Shown here one piece after another: positions 9,095 through 16,588 of a DNA stretch of 64,000 bases; positions within the stretch are counted from its first letter, which is position 1; each line of letters starts with the position of its first letter. The notes below the pieces were generated by a model. The model was not told the DNA's origin. It ran no database searches and saw only the letters and a program-made list of their open reading frames with translations. The DNA comes from Pseudomonadota bacterium (GTDB lineage Bacteria; Pseudomonadota; Gammaproteobacteria; Burkholderiales; Rhodocyclaceae): NCBI GenBank assembly GCA_039805865.1, contig JBDLTI010000003.1, forward strand, positions 381 through 64,380, in the 5' to 3' direction. Made by a program: the position numbers and the translations under genes.

Positions 9095-10357
9095 TTGCGT
9101 TATTATGACTTTGTGCTAAAAAGTCGCAATAACAAACAGGATGTCACGACTTTGAACAAGCGAGACCTACATCCAGACCTGCAAGCGACCTGTGCGCCAA
9201 TATCCGGTCGCAATGGTTGCTTTGCGGTTGTGCCGCCACCCGCGCCGGCACAGCTCAACATTCCTGCTTGCTACGGCCTGATAGCAGCAGCTCAGAGCGA
9301 ATTACAAAACCTAGGCAATGCGATCAGTCGTAACCCGGCTCATGCAGACTTGCTCTTGCACATGCTTAACAGGCGTGAGGCCGTTGATAGCAGCCAACTA
9401 GAAGGCACCCAGACCGGGTTCGATGGCCTGCTATTGCATGAATTACAAGAAGAGACGGGGCAGCTGGAAACCAGAAATAAAGACGCACGTGAAACGTTGG
9501 GCTACCTCCGTGCCTATTTAGCGGGCGCCTCCGCCATTCAAATGCGCGGTCAAAAGGCGCTAAATACATCGTTGCTCTGCCAGATGCACAACATTTTGTT
9601 GAATGGTTTTGTCGAGAGCATGCCCGGCAAAATTCGGGATCGCCAGAACTATATCGGTATACGTCTAGAAACGGCCACATACATTCCGCCGCCAGCAGAG
9701 GCATTAACGCGATTATTAATCGACCTGACCGAGTTGCTCCAGTACCAGCCCGATGGAGTGATGGAGGTTTCGTTACTTCAACGGGCGGCCATCGCGCATG
9801 CGCAATTCGAGGCGATTCATCCGTTCCTCGATGGTAATGGCCGGGTAGGTAGATTGCTTCTGCCGCTGATGTTTCAAGCTGAAGGCTGGCCACCTATTCA
9901 TCTGGCCACTTTTTTAAAAGTGCGTAAGCAAGAATACTATGCAGCATTGTTAGCCGTTCAGACCAAACTAGATTGGCAACCTTGGTTGAGCTTGTTTCTA
10001 GAGTGTGTCATCGCATCATGCAAACACACCATTCAATTACTCGATCACCTTCATGGTTTAAGGAACCAATGGACCCAAAGGCTCACTGATGCCAAAAAGA
10101 GAAAGCATGCCGCGGTATGGCAACTGTTAGCGCTACTACTGGGTCAACCCGTTGTTACTGCTAACGAAATCGTAAAAAAAACAGGCATCTCGTATAGCAC
10201 GGCTAACCAATCAATTGTCGAGCTGGTTGCGCTGGATATTCTGCGGCCAGCTCAGACAGAGAGACAACGGGATCGTGCATTTCATGCACACGAAGTGATG
10301 AATATTCTTTACACAGGCCTAGATAAAGTGCTGGCACAGGTAGCAGCCCTTAAATAA
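9095..10357 (+). CDS. Fic/DOC family protein with N-terminal inhibitory motif and C-terminal HTH-like tail
   Basis: Catalytic motif HPFLDGNGRVGR and (S/T)xxxE(G/N) motif SSQLEG. Start uncertain (TTG at 9095 or 9152). Confidence 0.9.
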   Translation: MRYYDFVLKSRNNKQDVTTLNKRDLHPDLQATCAPISGRNGCFAVVPPPAPAQLNIPACYGLIAAAQSELQNLGNAISRNPAHADLLLHMLNRREAVDSSQLEGTQTGFDGLLLHELQEETGQLETRNKDARETLGYLRAYLAGASAIQMRGQKALNTSLLCQMHNILLNGFVESMPGKIRDRQNYIGIRLETATYIPPPAEALTRLLIDLTELLQYQPDGVMEVSLLQRAAIAHAQFEAIHPFLDGNGRVGRLLLPLMFQAEGWPPIHLATFLKVRKQEYYAALLAVQTKLDWQPWLSLFLECVIASCKHTIQLLDHLHGLRNQWTQRLTDAKKRKHAAVWQLLALLLGQPVVTANEIVKKTGISYSTANQSIVELVALDILRPAQTERQRDRAFHAHEVMNILYTGLDKVLAQVAALK

Positions 10358-10383
10358 GGTTTTATTGAACCGGATCAATCTTT

Positions 10384-10821
10384 ATGAAATTCAGCAAACT
10401 TCTCATCATCCTCGCAAGCGCCATCTCGTTAAACGCTATTGCCGATGAGCCCAAGGCGCACTACACCGATATCCCCGGAGTTAAAGCCCACATCCTCACT
10501 AAAACCACTAAGGCGTGGAACGGTAGTGATTTGCCGGCCTACGGCGATGGTCAGCCAGAAATCACCATCATTCGTTACCAGATCGAGCCGGGCGCCACGC
10601 TACCGATGCATATGCACCCGGTGATTAACGCCGGCCTGCTCATCAAAGGGCAGCTTACCGTTATCAAGAAAACGGGTGAAACCCTCAACATAACAGCTGG
10701 GCAGCCTATCGTAGAGCTATTTAAAGAATGGCATTACGGCACTAACCCTGGCAACGAACCCGTGGATCTGGTCATTGTTTATGCCGGGACTGTGGGTACA
10801 CCGTTGGTAATTCGGGAGTAA
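10384..10821 (+). CDS. Secreted cupin-domain protein
   Basis: Signal peptide; cupin motifs PMHMHPVINAG and EWHYGTN. Confidence 0.85.
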   Translation: MKFSKLLIILASAISLNAIADEPKAHYTDIPGVKAHILTKTTKAWNGSDLPAYGDGQPEITIIRYQIEPGATLPMHMHPVINAGLLIKGQLTVIKKTGETLNITAGQPIVELFKEWHYGTNPGNEPVDLVIVYAGTVGTPLVIRE

Positions 10822-10905
10822 GCCAGGAGCAGTTTCCAAGAAGCGCAGTATCATCTGGTGACACACTGACTGTTTCATAATCAGTAAAACAACTGGAACG
10901 CCCGA

Positions 10906-11886
10906 ATGGATCGCACCGAACGCTTCTACAAAATCCAGGATCTGCTCAAACAGCAGAAAAAGCTGACTATGAAGCGTCTGCAGGAAACGCTCAACGTTTC
11001 CCGTGCCACCCTATGCCGTGATCTGGATTACCTTCGCGATCGGCTCGGTGTTCCCATCGTCTGGGACGCAAAATCACGAGCCTATGTTCTTGAGAGCTTT
11101 TCAACAGACGCTGCAAGGCAGGAGCTCCCCGGTGTCTGGTTCAATGAATCCGAGATTCACGGTTTGCTGGGCATGATTGAAATCATCAACCAGATGCAGG
11201 CCGGCAGCACTCTGGTAGAACGGATGACTCCCCTGAAACAGCGGTTGGAGATTCTGCTGGAGCAGGGTACTGGCAGCGCCAGCGAGATCATGCAACGCAT
11301 CCGTATTCTGCCCATGGCCAGGCGGCCGGTAAGTGACGAACATTTCCAGTGGCTGGCAGATGCATTGGTCAAACGCCAGAGGGTGCGTATCCGGCACCTT
11401 AGCCGTAAGCGCAGCGAAACTGTCGAACGGGACATCTCTCCCCAACGGTTGGTCTACTACCGGGATAACTGGTACCTGGACGCCTACTGCCACCTGCGTG
11501 ATGATCTGCGAAGCTTTGCGCTGGACGCCATTGAAGCGGTATCCCTGCTTGATAATCCCGCGCTGACTGCCACCGATAAAGCCCTGGCCGAATACTACGA
11601 GCAGAGCTACGGCATATTCAACGGCAAAGCCAGTCACGTAGCCAGATTACGGTTCACCCCATTCAGAGCCCAGTGGGTTGCCAGAGAGATATGGCACCCC
11701 AAACAACGCGGAAGCTTCGAGCCGGACGGCTCGTACATCCTTGAAGTGCCCTACGGTAATGACACCGAATTACTCATGGACATTCTGAAACAGGGGCCGG
11801 AGGTCGAGGTTCTGGCACCGGACTCACTAAAACAGAAAACCCTCAACATCCTCGCTGCCACACAAGCAAAGTATCAATCATCATGA
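10906..11886 (+). CDS. WYL-domain transcriptional regulator (HTH_11-WYL-WCX, YafY/PafB-like)
   Basis: N-terminal wHTH (LNVSRATLCRDLDYLRD), WYL motif (NWYLDAYCHLRDDLRSFALD), WCX-type C-terminus (GPEVEVLAP). Confidence 0.93.
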   Translation: MDRTERFYKIQDLLKQQKKLTMKRLQETLNVSRATLCRDLDYLRDRLGVPIVWDAKSRAYVLESFSTDAARQELPGVWFNESEIHGLLGMIEIINQMQAGSTLVERMTPLKQRLEILLEQGTGSASEIMQRIRILPMARRPVSDEHFQWLADALVKRQRVRIRHLSRKRSETVERDISPQRLVYYRDNWYLDAYCHLRDDLRSFALDAIEAVSLLDNPALTATDKALAEYYEQSYGIFNGKASHVARLRFTPFRAQWVAREIWHPKQRGSFEPDGSYILEVPYGNDTELLMDILKQGPEVEVLAPDSLKQKTLNILAATQAKYQSS

Positions 11887-12131
11887 ACGACATCCGTAAC
11901 TGTGAATTCCGCTTCAAATGTCCCAAACAATGGGATGCCCTAAAGTCAACCGACAACCAAGACCAGCGCTTTTGCAGTGTGTGCAACCAGATCGTTTACT
12001 TCTGCCATACCGATAAAGAACTGTTGGCCGCTATCAAAGAAGATCGTTGCATCGCCATTAAAGTGACTAGTGCAAAAGATGAAGGCATACAAGTCGGCAT
12101 GCCGGCGCCTGAATACAATCGCAGAGGTTAA
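11883..12131 (+). CDS. Small Cys-rich hypothetical protein (putative metal-binding)
   Basis: 82 aa; ATGA overlap with the WYL stop; C7, C13, C31xxC34, C41-H42, C56. Confidence 0.75.
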   Translation: MNDIRNCEFRFKCPKQWDALKSTDNQDQRFCSVCNQIVYFCHTDKELLAAIKEDRCIAIKVTSAKDEGIQVGMPAPEYNRRG

Positions 12132-12136
12132 GAACC

Positions 12137-12670
12137 ATGGATTTCTGGCTCGAGCTACCTACCAAAAACTTTATTCAGGCCCTTAAAACCGTTAAGCCGC
12201 GCCTACGCAGTGTTGCCAAAAGAGCGGGTACGCTGGACATCAGCTTTATCAACGGGGAAGCTATCTTTTGTGTAGGCGGCGCCATGACCCGTGTTCATGC
12301 CCAAGGCCATTGGGCCGGTGTAGTTGAAACCCCGTTTCTAACGCTGTTATCGTTTATCCAGGTGCCACCGGCAGGCGATACCGTCAAACTGGAGTTTGAT
12401 GGCGACAAGTTCAAGATCGGTAGCTTCCGCTGTAAAGCCACCTGGCAAAACGTGAGCGACCAGATCACCGAGATCAAGAACGAAATTCACCTCAACGAGC
12501 TGGATAAAAAGGCCGAACTCAAAAAGCACTATTGCCCCAACTGTGGCACTAAAACCGGCATTCCACAGCCAGATGCACCCACCGACCTGTTTGAGGGGCT
12601 GAACTCCTCGCCAAAACCGATAACCCGGTATCAGTGCAGTAAGTGCAGGCTCGGTTGGCTTGAGCAATGA
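12137..12670 (+). CDS. Hypothetical protein: beta-clamp-like N-terminal domain (by eye) plus C-terminal CxxC...CxxC zinc ribbon
   Basis: 177 aa, GAGG SD upstream, CPNC(133-136) and CSKC(167-170). Domain call is inference. Confidence 0.75.
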   Translation: MDFWLELPTKNFIQALKTVKPRLRSVAKRAGTLDISFINGEAIFCVGGAMTRVHAQGHWAGVVETPFLTLLSFIQVPPAGDTVKLEFDGDKFKIGSFRCKATWQNVSDQITEIKNEIHLNELDKKAELKKHYCPNCGTKTGIPQPDAPTDLFEGLNSSPKPITRYQCSKCRLGWLEQ

Positions 12671-12773
12671 TCGTTTACGGTTGTCGAGAATAAGTAACCT
12701 ATTTGTTGAGCAATTGAACCAAAGAAAACATAAAATGTGAGCGTATATATTTGAACAAAGCGTTACACGCCAC

Positions 12774-15167
12774 ATGAACAAACCTATAAAGCAAGAACAA
12801 AGCAATTTAAAATGGATTGCAGACTTTATTTGGCGGATTGCCGATGATCGTCTGAAAGATGTCTATGTGCGGGGCAAATATCGCGATGTGATTCTCCCGT
12901 TTACCGTTTTGCGCCGCCTTGATGCTGTTCTTGAGCAAACCAAGCAGGCAGTGTTGGAACGAAAGAAGTTTCTGGACGCCCAAAAAATTGCCGAACAAGA
13001 TGGCGCCCTACGCATGGCTTCAGGTCAAGCGTTTTATAACACTTCAGATTTCACCCTCGCCACGCTTACGGCTAGTGGCAAAGGACAGCGCCTGCGCGAT
13101 AACTTCGTCAATTATCTGGATGGTTTCTCACCGAACGTTCAAGACATCCTTGCTAAATTCAAATTCCGCGATCAAATTCAAACAATGGTCGAGGCCGATA
13201 TTCTTGGCTATTTGATCGAAGACTTTCTTGATCGAGCCGTCAATCTCACGTCATTGCCAGTCTATGACGAAGATGGTCGTATCAAACTGCCGGCGTTAGA
13301 CAACCACGGCATGGGTACCGTGTTTGAGGAGTTGATCCGCCGCTTCAACGAAGAAAACAACGAAGAGGCCGGGGAACATTTCACGCCTCGTGACGTGGTT
13401 CAACTGATGGCCAAGCTGCTATTCATGCCGGTGGCCAATCAAATTCAATCCGGCACCTACCTTTTGTATGACGGCAGCTGCGGCACGGGTGGCATGCTCA
13501 CTGTAGCTGAAGAAGCGCTGCACGATCTGGCCGCAACACACGACAAGGAAGTCTCAATTCACCTTTTCGGCCAGGAGATTAACCCCGAGACCTACGCTAT
13601 TTGTAAAGCAGACCTGTTGCTTAAAGGTGAGGGCGACGAGGCTGAAAACATCGTCGGCGGTGCTGATAAGTCCACGCTTTCTGCCGATGCCTTTAAAGCC
13701 CATGAATTCGACTTCATGATTTCTAATCCGCCCTACGGCAAGAGCTGGAAGACCGACCTCGACCGAATGGGCGGCAAGAAAGAGTTTGGTGATCCACGCT
13801 TCATTGTTAACCATGACGGCGATCCTGAATTCAAACTCATTACCCGTTCCAGTGATGGGCAGCTGATGTTCCTGGTGAATAAGCTGCAGAAGATGAAGCA
13901 CAAAACACCACTCGGCAGCCGCATCGCACTGGTTCATAACGGTTCCGCGCTTTTCACAGGTGATGCAGGGCAGGGTGAGAGTAACATCCGTCGTTGGGTG
14001 CTGGAGAACGATTGGCTCGAAGCCATTATTGCCTTGCCACTCAATATATTTTACAACACTGGTATTGCTACTTACATCTGGGTGCTGGCTAATAAAAAGG
14101 CTGAAAACCGTAGTGGCAAGGTACAGCTGATTGACGCAACGCAGTGGTTCCAGCCGATGCGTCGCAACCTTGGCAAGAAAAACTGCGAACTGGCCGATGC
14201 AGACATTGAACTCATTATGATGCATTACCTTGATCAGCCAGCCGTTGACGAAAAGGAAGCCAAGGCGACGCCCGAGTGCAAATGGTTTGATAACGCCGAC
14301 TTTGGTTATTGGAAGATTACGGTAGAACGACCGCTACGTCTGAAAAGCCAACTAAAGCGACACGCCATCGAAAGCCTGCGTTTTGCTTCTGGTGACGAGG
14401 CTCTACGCACTGAGATCTACGCAAAGCACGGCGACGAGCTGTACACGGAATTTGCCAAGCTCAAACCAGAAATTGAGGCATGGCTCAAAGCTGACGAAGG
14501 CGATGAAGATGCTGACGACGAGTCGGATGACGAAGACGCCAAGACCACCAAGAAGGCCGTACCAGAGAAAAGGCGTAAAAAACTGCTCGACCCTGCAACC
14601 TGGCTACGGGACAAAACCCTATTAGAAGTGGCAAAGCTCGCACAGAAAGTGCTGGGCGAAGTTCTGTTCAACGATCACAATGAGTTCCGCGCGCGATTAG
14701 AGGCTATGCTCAAGGAGCACAACAAGAAGCTGGGCGCAGCCGAGAAGAAGACTATTTACAAGGCCGTAAGCTGGCGCGACGAATCTGCGCCTCCCGTTGT
14801 TGCCAAGCGCAGCAAGCTCAAAGCGAGCGAATCTTTCGACCCCGTTTACGACGGCTCGTACCTAGAAACCGTTGGAAAAGATCGCTTTAGAGTGGAATAC
14901 GAGGCTGATACGGATTTGCGCGATACTGAGCAGGTGCCGCTCAAGGAAACCGGGGGCATTGAAGCCTTCTTCGTTCGTGAGGTGCTGCCCCACACACCCG
15001 ATGCGTGGATTGCGATGGACAACACCAAGATTGGCTATGAGATCTCATTTGCACGATACTTCTACAAGCCAACCCCTTTGCGTACCCTTGAACAGATTCG
15101 CGCAGATATCCTCAAGCTAGAGCAGCAGACCGAGGGCTTGCTGCACAAGATCGTGGGGGCGGTGTGA
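12774..15167 (+). CDS. hsdM: Type I R-M modification subunit (m6A methyltransferase)
   Basis: EAGEHFTPRDVV, SAM-binding YDGSCGTGGML, catalytic NPPY, FYNTGIATYIW. Confidence 0.96.
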   Translation: MNKPIKQEQSNLKWIADFIWRIADDRLKDVYVRGKYRDVILPFTVLRRLDAVLEQTKQAVLERKKFLDAQKIAEQDGALRMASGQAFYNTSDFTLATLTASGKGQRLRDNFVNYLDGFSPNVQDILAKFKFRDQIQTMVEADILGYLIEDFLDRAVNLTSLPVYDEDGRIKLPALDNHGMGTVFEELIRRFNEENNEEAGEHFTPRDVVQLMAKLLFMPVANQIQSGTYLLYDGSCGTGGMLTVAEEALHDLAATHDKEVSIHLFGQEINPETYAICKADLLLKGEGDEAENIVGGADKSTLSADAFKAHEFDFMISNPPYGKSWKTDLDRMGGKKEFGDPRFIVNHDGDPEFKLITRSSDGQLMFLVNKLQKMKHKTPLGSRIALVHNGSALFTGDAGQGESNIRRWVLENDWLEAIIALPLNIFYNTGIATYIWVLANKKAENRSGKVQLIDATQWFQPMRRNLGKKNCELADADIELIMMHYLDQPAVDEKEAKATPECKWFDNADFGYWKITVERPLRLKSQLKRHAIESLRFASGDEALRTEIYAKHGDELYTEFAKLKPEIEAWLKADEGDEDADDESDDEDAKTTKKAVPEKRRKKLLDPATWLRDKTLLEVAKLAQKVLGEVLFNDHNEFRARLEAMLKEHNKKLGAAEKKTIYKAVSWRDESAPPVVAKRSKLKASESFDPVYDGSYLETVGKDRFRVEYEADTDLRDTEQVPLKETGGIEAFFVREVLPHTPDAWIAMDNTKIGYEISFARYFYKPTPLRTLEQIRADILKLEQQTEGLLHKIVGAV

Positions 15168-16588
15168 AGGCTGGCGTGAATCCTTACCCCGGCTACAGAA
15201 AAACGCGAATGCGCTGGCTACCGGCTGTGCCGGAACACTGGAATGAGCAACGCGCCAAAACGTTCTTCCGCGAGGTTGATGAACGCTCGAAGACCGGACT
15301 GGAAGAGCTACTGTCTGTATCTCATCTCACGGGAGTTACACCGCGTAACCAGAAAAAAGTTACGATGTTCAAAGCCGCCAGCTACGTGGGATCTAAACTT
15401 TGCCAGCCCGGCGATATAGTCATCAACACACTCTGGGCATGGATGGCAGCGCTTGGTGCGAGCAGGTACATCGGAATCGTCAGTCCGGCTTATGGTGTGT
15501 ATCGGCCGCATCGCGCCGACTTTTTTAATCCGGCATATCTTGATTACTTGTTGCGCACCCGTCCCTATGTTGCCGAATATATTGGGCGCTCGACCGGCAT
15601 TCAATCCTCGCGCCTGCGTCTGTATCCAAACCAGTTTCTTGATATAGAGCTGCTGCAACCGCCGCGCCCGGAACAAGACAAGATTGTTGTGTACCTGCGG
15701 GTACAGGATGCCCACATAGCCCGTTTCATCAAGGCCAAGCGTGATCTTATCGGTTTGCTTACCGAGCAGAAGCTGTGCATTATCGACCATGCAGTGACGA
15801 GAGGGCTGGATGCATCTGTCGCTCTGAAGCATTCTGGTGTTGAATGGTTGGGGGGTGTCCCCAAACACTGGCAGGTTGGCCTTCTCAAGCATGTCGCTAT
15901 GGTGCGCTTCAGCGGCGTGGACAAGCACTCTCACGCTGATGAAACACCTGTTCGCCTGTGCAACTACACAGATGTCTACAAGAATGATTGCATCACGGGT
16001 GACATGGACCTGATGCAAGCCACAGCTAATGCGGCTGAAATTGCCCGCTTCACACTGAAAGCGGGCGACGTGATCCTCACGAAGGACTCGGAATCGCCGG
16101 ACGACATCGGCGTACCCGCTTGGGTTCCGGAAGATCTGCCCGGCGTGGTCTGCGCCTATCACCTTGGTTTGCTAAGACCCGATTCGGAGCGGGTACTGGG
16201 TGAGTTTCTGTTTCGTGCCATTGGTTCAGCGCGCATAGCGCAGCAGTTTCATGTTCTCGCCACTGGCGTTACTCGCTTCGCACTCAGCAAGCACGATGTA
16301 AAAAATGCTGTCATTGCATTGCCTCCTATCGAAGAACAACAAGCTATCTGCAAGTGGATCGATGACGAGTGCAAACCGCTCGAAGGCGCCATCCAGCGTG
16401 CAGTTGAGGAAATCAAGCTGATCCGTGAGTACCGCGATCGGTTAATTGCTGATGTCGTCACCGGCCAAGTGGATGTGCGAGGCTGGGTACAGGGGCCGGG
16501 CGATCTAGTGACAGACGAAGATCTGGCAGCTTTGGGCGGTGATGAGAACATAGAATCCGAAGAGGAGGTAGGCGATGTCGACGACTGA
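15164..16588 (+). CDS. hsdS: Type I R-M specificity subunit
   Basis: Two TRDs with repeated conserved spacers (WLPAVPEHW / WLGGVPKHW; PPRPEQDKIV / PPIEEQQAIC). GTG start overlaps the hsdM stop. Confidence 0.95.
   Translation: MKAGVNPYPGYRKTRMRWLPAVPEHWNEQRAKTFFREVDERSKTGLEELLSVSHLTGVTPRNQKKVTMFKAASYVGSKLCQPGDIVINTLWAWMAALGASRYIGIVSPAYGVYRPHRADFFNPAYLDYLLRTRPYVAEYIGRSTGIQSSRLRLYPNQFLDIELLQPPRPEQDKIVVYLRVQDAHIARFIKAKRDLIGLLTEQKLCIIDHAVTRGLDASVALKHSGVEWLGGVPKHWQVGLLKHVAMVRFSGVDKHSHADETPVRLCNYTDVYKNDCITGDMDLMQATANAAEIARFTLKAGDVILTKDSESPDDIGVPAWVPEDLPGVVCAYHLGLLRPDSERVLGEFLFRAIGSARIAQQFHVLATGVTRFALSKHDVKNAVIALPPIEEQQAICKWIDDECKPLEGAIQRAVEEIKLIREYRDRLIADVVTGQVDVRGWVQGPGDLVTDEDLAALGGDENIESEEEVGDVDD

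Noticed and set aside
10174-10181. A8 run in fic (and A8 near the end of the HAD gene) as a phase-variation tract
   Set aside because: Short runs, frames intact, near the gene 3' ends; no evidence of switching.
15308-16162. 284-aa antisense ORF inside hsdS
   Set aside because: It lies wholly opposite a confident gene and has no motifs; treated as a shadow ORF.
15164-16588. Invertible or shuffling hsdS locus
   Set aside because: Single hsdS, no silent TRD copies, no long inverted repeats or recombinase nearby.
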